Shown piece after piece: positions 40,870 through 55,490 of a DNA stretch of 64,000 nucleotides. The stretch's first letter is position 1. Every line of letters starts with the position of its first letter. The translations under genes were made by a program, and so were the position numbers. Below the pieces are notes generated by a model. It made no database searches. It was not told where the DNA came from and was given only the letters and a program-made list of their open reading frames with translations. Location: positions 43,958,001 through 44,022,000 of the forward strand of contig OZ024743.1 of assembly GCA_964016885.1 (NCBI GenBank), in the 5' to 3' direction. Source of the DNA: Eledone cirrhosa. Lineage: Eukaryota.

Positions 40870-40899
40870 CTAGTAGTAGTCATATGTATTTCTGTCATA

Positions 40900-41500
40900 T
40901 TTGGACTATATAGAATACCAGGTGCACCTCCATGTTTGCACCATTCCTCGTTGACAATGAAGAATTATTCTTGACTATATCGGTTGCCATTTATTCCTCC
41001 TTTGAAATCTGTACTGTGTTGTTTGTCATCTTATTAGTCTTAGTTCTCTCGTATTGTTTAACTGTTGTGTGATCTGTGTAATAGTGTTCAATATTTGTTT
41101 GTATATTGCATGTAATGTGTGAATAGTATCATCGTTAAGCTTTGATTGCGTGAATTATGTTATATCGTTTACCGATGATTGCGTAGATTTAGCCTTGTGT
41201 GAGTTGTGTAGAAGTATAATATTGTGAGTGGAATTAGTTCCCTTCTATTAATTTAGCATATTATGTGTATCCAAGAAAAAATATAAATCATCATGATATA
41301 TGAACCAGAACCTAATTGGTCTCCCATGGAGCTTTATATTTTAATATAGTTAATTAATTTGTAGCGTGTAGTAACCACAGCGAATCTGAATATAATCTGA
41401 AATGCCTTCCAGCATTCTCGTGCAATAAAATCGATAAATGGGACAAGGAGCTAAAAATATTTGTTCTAGAGATGTAAATAATTTTCGTTAAACTAATCTG
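40900..41500 (-). mobile_element. Very degenerate LINE RT/3' fragment
   Basis: RLYSDSLWL (YADD-like) and FLGYT*YAKL (KYLG..D.KL-like) on minus; weak. Confidence 0.35.
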
Positions 41501-42399
41501 GTAAGATATATTTATACACACATGCATATATAAATCTATATGTATGTTGTGTGACCGTGTATGTGTGCATGCACGTGTATGTTGATGTGTGTGTGAGGGG
41601 GGGGGGGACGTGTGTGCGTATGTATAATAACCATACAAAATAATATGAGAAACATGGTGTAATCTAGTTTTTGCAGATTACTCCTGTTTCTTACTTTCAT
41701 TCTGAGATTAATTCTAATGCTTTCGTTATCTCTAAGTTCAGATTCAATGTATTTTGTTCTACTCTTTGCTAATATATAGGACATGTATCTGATATTACGT
41801 TGCTAAATATAATAACTGATGCACGATAAAAATTATTTTCAGGGTAAAATTAGTGGATAATATAAATGAACAGAGTAATTTGAAGTATGTATTTAAGAGA
41901 AACGAAGTTATATGCTTTAGAAGTCACACACAAAAAAAAATAGAATCCATCGCCTTTCATTATCTAAAGATGTGGTTAATTTGTAGATAAAATCTACATT
42001 ATCACCACATGCCTCTCTAACAAATTGCACACTACATTAAACATTTATAACAATTATAACATGTTTTAACACCCCACACAAAATATGTTTATTTCAACTA
42101 CATTATAACTATTTATTCATACATGTTTTATTGACTGTATTGACTCCTGCATTTTACACCAATTTTCCTTGCTTATAACCTTTTTGCTTGTATTTTTTTG
42201 CTTGTGCTTTTCAATTATACATTCAACCAGTGCTGCCTGTAATTGTGTTCTTTCAAGCAGAACATATTTTTAACTCATGACTCTCCACATGTTACCTATG
42301 ACACTAACAAAAATATTGTACCCTAAATGTTCTAAATGACTAGGATTTTAGTAGCATGTTTCGACATTCCCTATGCTCCCATGATTCCAGACTTCCCTT

Positions 42400-42848
42400 T
42401 GGAAGTACTGGAGTCAATTTAATCGACTGTCTCCTCCCCTGGCCTTGTGCCTATATAAGAAACTATTATTTAGAATAGGGCGATGGTTTGGCAGTATCGG
42501 TAGAGGATCGGACGCCATGCTTTCCAGCATAGTTACGTCCCTTTACAATCTGAGTTCAAATCCCGCCGAGGTTATTTTGCCTTTCATCCTTATGGGGTCG
42601 ATAAAATAAAGTACTTATAACGTACTGGGCCAAAAGTAGAAACAATTATTTAAAATTGGAGGATTGACAGAGAAACATTAGATTTTCTGACAAATGCCCT
42701 GTTTTATTCATTATGTCTATTTATGTGCAGACTTCAAATCCCACCGAGGTTAACTTTGTCTTTCATCCTTACGGGATCGATAAAATAAAGTACCAGTAAT
42801 CCACAGGGATAATTGTTGGCATTGTGCCGAATGTAGACACAATTATTA
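42400..42848 (+). mobile_element. Cluster of SINE family 1 copies (3' piece 42400-42470, 42478-42650, 42655-42848)
   Basis: Family 1 motifs are repeated. Confidence 0.8.
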
Positions 42849-42969
42849 CGTGGTTGCTAAAATAAGTTAGCGGTACATTACTGAGATTCCCCATAATTGC
42901 TGCATCTGGGCCAATATTAGAACGAATTATATATATGCGTCTGTGTGAAAGGGTGTGTGTGTGTGCCTG

Positions 42970-43002
<33 letters not shown>

Positions 43003-43659
43003 GTTATGTGCATTGAACCTTGTGTTCCTCTAAATGAACATATATCAGTAGATAATGTGTTTATAAATAAAATAGTCCTACTTGTATTTTGTGTATCAGG
43101 TTTTATGTTTATTTTCTGTGCACGATATGTCACTCTATTACTTTTTTAAGACGAAATTGTAGCTTGAGCAAAAAACATATAATTGCATATATTTGGTATA
43201 GCTGGTTTGGTATAGTTGTCAACAATGTATATACAAATCGTTTAATAACCTCTTGTAGTTTTGTTTATCATTGACGAATCTAACATTCAGTATACTCTCA
43301 TGTTCCTAGTGTTCATTGTGTGTACGTGTGTTTACATATAGAGTCAGTGAGATAAAATCAAAAACAACTATATTTGCCATATATTCGAAATTCTCAACTG
43401 AATTCTTTGTACAATAATTTAAAAACATATTACTGCCAGTCCGAGATTTCGAAGAATTCAAGCCCCTCAGAGTATAACTATTACAGTTTACATTACTCTA
43501 GTTTACAATGTAATACAAATAAAAGTGTTTAATTTATGTATTGAATACCCAACGCAATTTGTGTATGTATATACATATTTATCATATATGGCTCCATATA
43601 GATGTTAATCCATAACATATATATCTTGTATTTGAAGCCATATATGATGACAACTACCT

Positions 43660-43800
43660 CGAAACTAGTTCATCGTTCCTTTGTGAGTGTTGAACAAAAT
43701 GGCAGCGATGGTTGCCGAACACTGTACGGCTTAATTCGGGCTGTTTGTTTACAAACAAACCGAACATTATAATAAATGTTCGGTAAGCCCATACGTACAT
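43660..43800. repeat. Dispersed hairpin-rich repeat (copy 2)
   Basis: Reverse complement of 22895-23036. Confidence 0.8.
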
Positions 43801-43938
43801 ATATATATACGTATGCATATATGTATGTATATACATACTGCTGTACGACTGTATACATATATGTATGTACGTATACATACTTACATTTAAGTATCAGCCG
43901 TACTAAAAGTGAGAAATGAAATTCCATTTTTTCTTGTT

Positions 43939-44021
<83 letters not shown>

Positions 44022-44024
<3 letters not shown>

Positions 44025-44213
44025 GGAACAAGTAAGACCCCGACGGCTGAACTCAGGCCGTTTCGACGGCTAATTCTGTACTGAATTAGCCGTCGAAACG
44101 GCTTGAGCTCAGCCGTCGGTGTCTTACTTGTTCCTATTACCCACTCTACCACCCTAAGTATTGAGTACTTTAGTGCGTTATGGTCCACCTGGTTCCTTAC
44201 CACATTTCCTTCG

Positions 44214-44216
<3 letters not shown>
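44022..44216. mobile_element. Family E fold-back module (HHR 3' half in both arms)
   Basis: Arms 44022-44076 and 44083-44136. GTC GAAAC GGCT TGAGCTC AGCC GTC, with the CUGANGA part absent. Confidence 0.8.
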
Positions 44217-44276
<60 letters not shown>

Positions 44277-44339
44277 CATGTATATGTATGTATTTACATA
44301 TATACAAGTATATATGTATATATATACATGTATGTATAT

Positions 44340-44463
44340 AGACGGTGGGAGGGAATACTTGGTGGTATATATTTTGGCTCTCTTTATACATTCTGAGTTC
44401 AAATCCATCGAAGTGAAATTGCTTTTCATCCTTCTGAGGTAAACAAATGAAACAATTCTACCC

Positions 44464-44537
<74 letters not shown>

Positions 44538-44565
44538 ATATTTCTCTCTCTCTTTACTCACACGC

Positions 44566-44603
<38 letters not shown>

Positions 44604-44614
44604 GTATCTATGTG

Positions 44615-44677
<63 letters not shown>

Positions 44678-44771
44678 AAATACATACCTATACATACATG
44701 TATATGTATGTATCTACACACAGATTTATATATATATATGTGTATGCATATATATATATACATATGTATGC

Positions 44772-44805
<34 letters not shown>

Positions 44806-44985
44806 TTGTGCGTGTATGTGTAAAGAGAGATAGGAAGAGAGAGAGAGAGAGAGAGGGGGGGGGGGGAATTGTTTCATTTGTTTTCCTCGGAAGGATGAAA
44901 AGCAGCTTTCACTTCGATTGATTTGGACTGAGAATGTATAAAGAGAACCAAAACGTATACCACCAAGTATTTTTTCCCACCGTCT
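44340..44985. repeat. Inverted pair of SINE-derived heads enclosing mirrored microsatellites
   Basis: 44340-44458 is the reverse complement of 44866-44986. The interior reads (CT)(CA)(TA) / (TA)(TG)(GA). Confidence 0.8.
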
Positions 44986-45099
44986 ATCAGCTCTATGAAA
45001 TCGCCACATATAAAATGATCGATCGACTTTCGTCTAATCGGACCGAGGAAACAATATTTTCTTCGGTCTTTCCAATTGCTAGTACTATCTATCGGTCGC

Positions 45100-45225
45100 A
45101 GCTCCAGGTAGAAGCAGCAACGTGAAATAAAGTGTCTTGATCAAGGACATAACGCATCGCCAGGTCCAGGAATCGAACTCACAATCACAAGATTGTGAAC
45201 CCAATTCTCCAACCACCCAGCCACA
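45100..45225 (-). mobile_element. tRNA-derived SINE family 2
   Basis: GCAACGTGAAATAAAGTGTCTTG..CAAGGA..CAGGAATCGAACTCACAA (B-box GTTCGATTCC on minus). Second copy at 54945-55085. Confidence 0.8.
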
Positions 45226-45647
45226 TATACAATATATGTATATGTGGCTGAGAACATAAAGGCAAACATAGTAAAGAATCACACTTAGATTTGATGGTTG
45301 GACAAGAATGAATACCAGTTGTATGAACAAATTGTGAAACGGATAAGATATTAATATAATTGCATTAGACATACATGAATGTACAGACTGGCACAGCAGC
45401 GACGAATGTTTCTCGATATATAATTACTTACAATAAATAGATATATACGTCTGTGTGACTGTCCAAAATATATGCTTACAATACAAGACTTACACACACA
45501 CTCACGCACATACATTCATACATACGCAAATACACACACACACATGCGCACACATATATACATATATATAGATAGATCGATATCCATATGCAAACACATA
45601 CATGCACACTCACACTTATACACATATAAACACACACACACACACAG

Positions 45648-45680
<33 letters not shown>

Positions 45681-45743
45681 CATGCGTGTGGTTGTGTGTG
45701 TGTGTGCGTGTGCGTGTATGTGTGTGTGTGTGTGTGTGTGCGT

Positions 45744-45782
<39 letters not shown>

Positions 45783-45849
45783 TGTTTGTGTATGTATGGG
45801 TGTGTTTAGATGTGCGTAATTAGAAATTATTTTTCCGAATAAGAACGGA

Positions 45850-46350
45850 TTATTTATTGTCTGTCAGTATATTTGCTTCCTAACAAAGTTATGTAAGCTA
45901 GGTACACCAACATTCCGAACAACTTGTGCTCGAGTACCTGGATTCTTTGTTCCATGTTGGCTGGAATAATCCAGCTCTCACACCCATAAAGAAAGATATT
46001 AGTCACCTAAGAATTTGTACAATCGAAGCCTCATTAGAAAAGTATACAGTTTCTTTTCTAAATGACGCTTGGTCCTGAACAATATGGATTCTAGTTTCTT
46101 GAAGTTGTCCACTTCTCAGTTTTCCACCGTTCATGGTTATTTTATTCTGGTCATGACTATTCATCCAAATGTTGCTACTTCTTGTGCTTCTTGACCTGTT
46201 TTTAGTCTTTCTAAGCTCACTGTGTTGTGTGTCACACTTTTGCAATAGGCTAATATCATCGGAATAACGCAATGGTGAGCAGTGGTCGTTCTCCAAAGGA
46301 AGTCGGTGTGTGGAGGTCTCTGAGATTATTTTGTATAATGTTTTACGGGA
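45850..46350 (-). mobile_element. Degenerate RTE-type LINE RT fragment
   Basis: LRYSDDISLL (YADD), then a KTK motif and later LYGCESW-like TGGGTGTGAGAGCTGG. Confidence 0.65.
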
Positions 46351-46497
46351 ACATATTTAAAAGGGTGGAGAGCTGAAAGATCCCTCTGAACTATTCGATT
46401 TTCCTAAAGTGCTTGGTTTACTTGGTGGGTGTAAAAATAGAGATGATATGTTGAAACTACTCAGTACAACTCTACCTATATTATATATGCTGAAATG

Positions 46498-46687
46498 GTG
46501 GTGGATTGGCAGTATCGGTAGAGGCGTCGGACGCCATGCTTTGACGCATAGAGTTACTGCCCTTGCCATTCTGAGTTCAAATCCCGCCGAGGTTAACTTT
46601 GCCTTTCATCATTACGGGGTCGATAAAATAAAGTACCAGTAATGTACTGGATAATTACTGGCCTTGTGCCAAAAGTAGAAACAATTA
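46498..46687 (+). mobile_element. SINE family 1
   Basis: Full head and body motifs. Confidence 0.88.
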
Positions 46688-48480
46688 TATATATGCTGAA
46701 ATAAGATTTTGTCTCCTGTGATCGGGGCATTTATAGTTAAAGTGGATTTGTATGAAGAACATCATTACATTAACAATCGAGTAACCTCTAGAATTAGAGG
46801 ATTTTAATGAGGTTGGTGATGATTGAAAGTTTGAGTATTTTCGGTTATATAATTTTATCAAATATAGTTCTATCAAACTTGCACACTTTCTCCGATTACA
46901 TAACATTACTGATGCCTCGGGCTGGCACTCATTGTTCGCGTTTCTAAATATATTTAACATAACTAAGGAAGAGGTGTAATGTTCAAATCTTTGCAAAATT
47001 GCTGATAATAGACTCCATTAAGTTATATATGATAGTTCACACAGATCTCTATAAAATAGTACCATGTTATCTTCTTACGATGGCATTTCTATTTCAAGAC
47101 TCGAATAAAAAATTGGAACGTTGACCACTTGATGGGAGATATATTACAGGGAAGGTTCAATTGGTATATTGATCAAATAAAAATATATCACATTTACACC
47201 AACATAAAAATATTTATTACAATCGTATTCTACATTTTCTTGGCATTTATGGCATAGTAAGATACAGTGTACATCAACGATATATGCATCTACATTTCTC
47301 TAACGAAATAATGTTTATTAGTATGATGTCTGCATAAATTTATAACATTTATTTAATCACGTAGTAGTCAATATTCATATAATTATATTCGGTTGTTAAG
47401 AACAATTGGAAGAATAATAATCATTATAAAATAAAGGGCGATACTACGATAAAGGGCGATAAACGGAAATGGCATTAAACAATATAAATCCTTTCGAAAA
47501 TATTCATGTATGGATTAGAGACATCTCAACTAGTATGGTGCAAAGTGGAAATATTTGCTAGTATCACTTCTCTGAGATTATTATCGTAGATATGATTATA
47601 AGAAAAACAAAAACATTAAACGAGAATGAAAGACTGGGTAACCTCGTAAACATTCAGGTAAATATTCGTAAACACACCTATATTTCATCTCAAAATAATG
47701 GCCTGATATATATACAATTTCTGTAACAGAGAATATATGTAGAAGATATAATCAAATCACAGATATTCATAAAATATTTATTTTATCAATTTGGTCCATT
47801 TGCACAAGTTATTTACTATCAGAAAAAAAAAAAATGAAAGAATGGTACATATAATATAATTCTATATGCATTGACAACAATAAACCATTTAGTCAAAATA
47901 AGTAAACATCTAGAGTTCTCATTAAAGTGTTATCAGTTGGCGTTCAAAACACTTTCTTCGCAAACGAATTGCAGATCGTGGGAGATATTTAAAAGAAGAG
48001 GCATATATGGAAATAGAGTATGGAAAATATCAATACGATTATAGTAGTATAAAAAGAAAACAGCTTCAGACTGTAAGTATTATTAAACGAATAAGAATAA
48101 CCAGTAGTAAGGCCTTGGTAAGTAGAGTCAACAAGAAGCTTTGCACCAGGTCATGGTTTAGTCTTTTTTCTTAACCGCATTTCAGTTAGAAGTTTAGAAA
48201 GGATATGACATGCCATAAATAAACTGAAGCAGGGTCGATAAGATACGCCTTACTCCATTTCCTTATGAATTCGCAGGCTCTATATGTACGTGAATCCTCA
48301 ATTCTACGCATCATAACGCGGCACACTACATCTCAGTCACTCCGGATGGTATATTGTTGTTGTCTCTGACTATCGTTTGTATTTTCAAGTTCAAAACCCA
48401 TTATCAAGGGACCAGACCTATGAAAGAATTAAATTGATATTTCCTATTCAACAACGTTTCAAGCAAACTACAACATTCTG

Positions 48481-48517
<37 letters not shown>

Positions 48518-48522
48518 ATATA

Positions 48523-48885
48523 ACTAAGGAATTGTAGTAAGGAACCATATGGACCATAACGCACCAGAGAACTCAATACTTAGAGTAGTAGAGTCGGTAA
48601 TAGGAAAATATATGACCCCAACGGCAGAGCTCAAGCCGTTTCGACGACTATTTCTGGACAGAAACGGACAATCAGTGTTGCGACGAATAAAATTTATTAG
48701 ACATATTACAATCGTTTCTCTGGCAACCAACTCGAGGCACGATCGATGTAATGTTCGAACCTGCGATTTCAGAGTTAGGTTCGATCGTTACATCGATCGT
48801 GCCTCGAGCTGGTCGCCAGAGAAACGATTGTAATATGTCTAATACATTTTATTCGTCGCAACAATGATTTTCCGTTTCTTATGTG

Positions 48886-48888
<3 letters not shown>
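48523..48888. mobile_element. Chimeric module: family E piece (minus, 48523-48657) fused to a family D fold-back (48660-48888)
   Basis: Homology to 44085-44216 and to 5680-6010. (TA)n on both sides. Confidence 0.85.
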
Positions 48889-48916
<28 letters not shown>

Positions 48917-48928
48917 CTTATACATATA

Positions 48929-48998
<70 letters not shown>

Positions 48999-49005
48999 CT
49001 TATAC

Positions 49006-49273
<268 letters not shown>

Positions 49274-49353
49274 TTATATACATACATACATACATACATA
49301 CATACATACATACATACATACATACATACATACATACATACATACATACATAC

Positions 49354-52300
49354 AGGTTTAATAACTGGTTATTCTTCTAACTATCCCTTATGAAGTCACC
49401 TTTTATTCGAATTCGTAGAGATATCCCACTAAATACATAATTCATTTTACAAGGATGTGCTACAAACAGAATGGCTGAACACAACATCAACAACAAAATT
49501 AAGGAAGTACCGAAGACAGATAACAAGGAAGGTAATCAAACTTTATTCAGTTGTAGCTACAGAAGAAACCGAAAATATAAATCGCATTTCTCTTGGGGTT
49601 GCGAACTTAATAATGATTTATTTAATTGTTATAAATTGGCAAAAAACAATCCCTTCATTGGCTATATGAATAGAATGAAGTTACACTGGGACGAAATTCA
49701 TCCAGAGCTAAATTATTTCACAGCGAAACAATTACGCCAACAAGCGACGTTTGTTGAACGTAAATATAAGATAAATATTATTAATTGTAAGTTCCTAACA
49801 ACAACACATGTTCTCAACAACACGTGTTATCAACAAACATATTAACAACAACACGTCGCCATGCTACTAGACTTCCTAGTAGCCAGGTCGAACAGCGTCT
49901 TGAAACAACTATGCCTGTAACAAACTTGACACCACCTGTACCATCTAAGTCTACCTCGAATGCTGGGGAAAACACTATCGATAATAATAATAATCGAAGA
50001 AATTTGACACCACGTGTACCATCCGAGTCTACCTCGACTATTGTGGAAAATACTATCGATAATGATAATCAAAAGTATAAACAATTGAAAATTTCCCTCA
50101 ATGAAATCTTCCAGAGAGAAATTAACTCATGTATAAACATATCTCTGGCTGAACGTGTTAAAACGACAATGTTGAATAAAAAACTAAATAATGAAATATT
50201 ACGTGTTGTTGACGAAATAGGGGATTTATATTTACGACGGATAAAAACCCCATGATTTTGGCAAATCAACGCCTGTTTATATGCCTTAGAAATGACAGTG
50301 AAGCATTATCTTGGTGATAGCAGATATATTAACAAGAACAAAACACCACCATAAATACCATCATATATAACTAAAATAGAAAAAAAGATTGCTGACCTAC
50401 GAAAAAACATAAGATATGCTCCTTACATGCAAACAAACACAAAAAACCTCACTCCTCACCAACAATGAGTGAAAAATAAAATAGAGACGATGTTTGGTAA
50501 CAGTAGAACCAGAACTCTCCAATATAATCTGATCACCCTCAAACAAGAATTGAGAGCTCTTAGCGAATAACGCCGATACATTATGAAGGTAGATGAGAGA
50601 AAATTGCTTAATAAAAGATTCAGACGAAACCAAAAGCAGTCTATAGAGATATGAAGGGCAAAATAATAATTGTTACTGAGGCCCCATCCTAGAAAGACAT
50701 AGATTCCTTTTGGAGCAAAATATGGGATGAAAAGATGAATTTCAACGAAGATGCAGTGTGGCTAAGAGATATCCGAAATAACTATTGCTCCTACACTACA
50801 ACAAAAACATACAAAATAAGTGAGGTAACCGTTGAAACTGTGATAGGAAAACTCCAAGATAATAAAACACCAGGAAGAGACATGATTATCGGCTACTGGT
50901 AAAAAAAACTGATATTCTATCGGAGGTATCTTACTGACCTCTATCAACAAGTTCTTAAGGGAGATACACTTATACCAGAATGGTTGACATTAGCACACAC
51001 ATTACTGGTCCCCAAGAAGAAAGACACCCACTTGGCAAAAAACTACCGACCCATTGCATCCCAGAACCTGATGTATAAGATGTATACAGCCTGCCTGAAC
51101 CTATTCCTCCAAGATCACTGTGAAAATAATAACATCATCACAGATGAACAGACAGCTGGAAAGAAAACGGTTTGGGGATGTGCTGAACAACTCCTAAACA
51201 ACAAAACTGCGATGTCGGAGGTGCGACACCTTAGGAAGAATATGACTACAGTCTGGCTGGACTACAGGAAAGCTTTTGATTCTGTTTTCCTACTCTTGGA
51301 TGATAGAGGCCCTCCAACTTGCTAACGTCCCACACATTATTGTCAGGGCCATAGAGAGGCTGTCTTCTTCTGGGCTACTATCCTAAGGTTAAAGACAGAG
51401 AGGGAGGACTCTATTTTCAGTGTTAAAATAAAATATTGCAGGGGTATATCTCAGGGGGACAGTCTCTCTGTGATATTATTCATCTTGTCATTAAACCCCT
51501 TGTCATTTCTGCTTAAGAAATGTGAGGGATACATCATTGGCTCACATGAGGGCAGAAATACGAACCAAACCCATAATTCCTTTGTGGACGATCTGAAATT
51601 CCTATGCCAAGAACATTGATGGGATGAAGAAAAATCTTGACCTGGTTACAACTTTCTCAAAGGAAATAGGAATGGAGTTTGGCCAAGATAAATTCTCATA
51701 CATGACAGTAAAGCGGGGAAAAACAACAACCCAATCTAGCAACATTGTCATCAATGACCTAACTGTTTCACCGATATTTGATGAGGACTGCTACAGATAA
51801 CTGGGTATAGATGAGAACAAATCCTATAATGGTATATGTAATAAAGAACGCATAACCAAGGAATACTACATTCGATTAAGAACGATCTGGTCATCGGACC
51901 TTTCTGCGCAAAACAAAACAATGGCTCACAATGTGTTTGCTGTGCCTGTCCTAACACCAACGTTTGGAATACTCAATTGGAAGATAGACGAAATCCGAGC
52001 AGTTGATGTTGGAACTTAAATAATACTGAACAACACCGGAAACTTCCACATCAACAGTGACATAGACCGCCTTTACTTGAAAGGTAAGCAGGGAGGCAGA
52101 GGCCTAGCATCAGTCCAGACAACATTTGAATGTCGCATCATATCTCTCCGACAACATCTACGAACCTCGAAGCGTAGGAGCCTGTCACTCGAGCAAGTCT
52201 ATCTGCATGAAACAGATACGATCATGAGAGTTGGGAAGGAACGCCTCGAGAGATATTCCCTGTGTGATTATCAAAACCTCATACCCAGAGATGTCGCTCA

Positions 52301-53340
52301 GCAGTATGGCAGTGAATCCATGGATGAAAAACTGCATGCCTATCAGCAAAAAATCATACATGGATATGTTGCGAGGAAGCTCCAGAGTGAGAGTAATATA
52401 CATAAAGAAAGTAGTCTATCTTGGACCAGCAACCGCTATATTGGCTCCCACTTTGAAGGATACGCTTTTGAAATCCAGGAACAGGAGTTTAGCACGAAAT
52501 ACCTGATTCACAAAAGAGATAGGGATGCAGGCAAAACACCTAGATGTGATAACAAGTGCATACTCTGCAGAACTAACATCGAGGATATCACCCATGTCAT
52601 CAGCAGCTGTCCAAAGATGTCATCGCGGTACTATCTACCTATCAGGCATGATGTTGTGGCCAAAACACTGTACAATGCAGTTCGTAAAAAAGATAGCCCC
52701 GATAATAAACACATTAAAAGCTACAGCAACCTGGAAGACATCCATGTACATAATATGAAAGAGTACTGGTGGATTCTTCCAGTAAAAACCCAAATAAAAT
52801 GCAGGCCTAACAGACCAGATATTATGATATGGGACAGGGAGAAGAAAGCATACACAGTAGTGTAAATTAGCTGCCCAGCAGATGCCAATATAATATCAAA
52901 GATTAGTGAAAAGGTGAACATTTATGCAGAACTGATGAGAAATCTGCAGATACTCCACCCTGATTACACCTTCAGATTTATGCCTGTGATTATTGAGGCA
53001 TGGGATATGTTAGTAACTGCTTCAATACAAATCTAGAGAAGCTAGGCTTCACAGGAACAGAAAGAACACAACTAGTTAGGAAATTACAAGTACAATCCAT
53101 TAATGGAACAGTAAAAATATGTAAGACATTCCAAAAATGTTGCATCTAATAACTGCATATACACTTATACAGATGCAAAGCATATACACATGCACACATA
53201 CAACTCAAAACATACACATCCACACATACAATAACATCCATATCTACACATGCATGCATACATAATCTACTTAGTTGATGTTGTGTAAATTCCATTTTCT
53301 ATTGGGAAAAAAATTGTTAAATTATAAAACCAGAAGAACG
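49354..53340 (+). mobile_element. R4/Dong-like site-specific non-LTR retrotransposon (RT, CCHC and RLE endonuclease), decayed, near full length
   Basis: KNYRPIA..NLMYK, VWLDYRKAFDSV, GISQGDSLS, FVDDLK, GGRGL, CILCRTNIEDITHVISSC..Y..RHD.V and NRPDIMIWDREKK...ISCP (PD-D/ExK). Many stops. Bounded by (TACA)n. Confidence 0.92.
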
Positions 53341-53980
53341 TACATACATACATACATACATACATATATTAAGGTATATGTAGCCAGTATATATCCATTG
53401 TCACACGGATGTGCATGTTCTTTCAAACCCTCGCTCTACTGTTCAAAGAAATAATTTCTAGTCGTATGGTTATATATGCTAGCAGAATTTTTTTTTGTAT
53501 GCAAGTGAAGAAGAATTATATAAAATATAATTCGTTCGCTAGTGTAATTCTTCATTGCATGAAAACTAGATGAAGGCAGAATTATATTGGTGCAGTACAG
53601 AACATTGACGTCTTCTGGTTGCATTGCTGATATATATTTTCTTGGCTGTTATTTCTGTTATTTCTTTGATCAAACCACTGATATTCCAAGAGATGCAGCC
53701 TTCCAACAACGAAACTAATTACTTTAATGGTGTAACATATAGCGTTTCACACAACTAGTATCATTTGTTTGAAGTTACCACGCACCCCACCGTCACCACC
53801 ACCATTGCCGTTACCGACACCATCAACATCACCCCCGTAACAACTAACTTACATTGATTTCTTATTGCAGATTTCTACGGCTTGATCACTGATTTGAGAG
53901 TTCACTATGTAATCATATAGGCACAATCAATCTTAAACACATGCACACAAACACACACATATATCTCTCTACCCCTTATC

Positions 53981-54051
<71 letters not shown>

Positions 54052-54209
54052 CTCTCTCTCTCTCTCTCTTTCTCTTTACATGTGTATATGTATATTTATA
54101 TATACATATATATATTCATATATTCATATATTTATATATATATATATATATATATAAACACACACACATATATGTATAGATACATATCTACATTCACGCA
54201 TATATATAG

Positions 54210-54272
<63 letters not shown>

Positions 54273-54944
54273 TGCATCGCATGTGTGTGTGTATACATTT
54301 TATTTTCTGTGATGAATGAAAGTCACACATAGCAAAGTTATAAAAAGGGTATATATAATCATCAGTAATTTAATATTCTGCTTTTAACTTTATTCTACAT
54401 TTGCCACTTTTACCAGCAGTATGAAAGTTGCATTGGTCAGTATGCTATACAAACCTGTCTTATGTAAGCTGTTGGACTAAACATGTTTCTTATTAACTTT
54501 GTAAAACATTCTTAGAAAAGGAACTAACATAATTGTACGAAAGTGACGTGGAAATATGAACCACGTGTTGGTTATGGATTTTAGAATCCTATGCAGTGCC
54601 CAGCAAAGGCTGATTGCTTCTTTAAATTCCCTCCTTTGATGTAGTGAAACGTTCAGGATATGATAGTTGGAAGAAGAGAGAACTTGACCGGCACTGGGCT
54701 GGTACCTATTTTAGCGATGCCAAATGAATGAATGGGAAAGATGTTCCCTATGGAATTTGAACGTCGAGGCCAAATTTGAATTCAGAGTCCAAACACAAAT
54801 ATCCAACGCTCTAAGGATTCTCCCTTATCGATCACCACTAATGTGTGTGTGTGTGACAGCTCAGACCTATGCTGATTTAGCTGGCCTCCTCCAAGGTGGA
54901 GGTGTCTTGGGTAATTTAATGATAGGGACTCCAGTCCTATCACC

Positions 54945-55085
54945 TCATTTCTATAGCTGAGTAAACTGGAGCAACGTGAAATAAAGTGTCTTGCTCAAGG
55001 AAACAATACATCACCTGGTGCAAGAATTCAACTCACAACCTTTCGATTGCAAGCCCAATGCTCTAACCACTAAGCCATGCGCCTT
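54945..55085 (-). mobile_element. SINE family 2
   Basis: CTGGAGCAACGTGAAATAAAGTGTCTTGCTCAAGG..AACCACTAAGCCA. Confidence 0.8.
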
Positions 55086-55304
55086 CCCCCACAATACATA
55101 TAGGGTCATACAGGCTCATTAATCCATTTCAAAATAAAAATAAACCTTATATTTATTAAAAGATTAATTATAAAATATTATAAGAGTGAGAGATTCTTGA
55201 GGACGGGATTTGAATTAGTGTAGGAAATGAGATACAAGCCACCAGGTAATTCTAGAAAGGATCAGCTTCAGAGTACCATGATAAAAAAAGAACTAGTGGT
55301 AATG

Positions 55305-55490
55305 TAGGATTGTCAGTATCGGTAGAGGGTCGGACGACATGCTTTGACGCATAAAGTTACGGTCCTTGCCATTCTGAGTTCAAATCCTGCCGAGGTTAAC
55401 TTTGCCTTTCATCCTTTCGGGGTCGATAAAATAAAGTACCAGTAATACACTGGGTTATTGCTGGCCTTGTGCCAAATGTAGAAGCAATTA
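55305..55490 (+). mobile_element. SINE family 1
   Basis: Full head and body motifs. Confidence 0.88.

Noticed and set aside
46700-48480. Unique AT-rich region as a host gene fragment
   Set aside because: No convincing ORF, splice pattern or motif.
49354-49470. HDV-like ribozyme in the 5' UTR of the R4/Dong element
   Set aside because: Expected from related clades, but I could not build the nested pseudoknot from this sequence.
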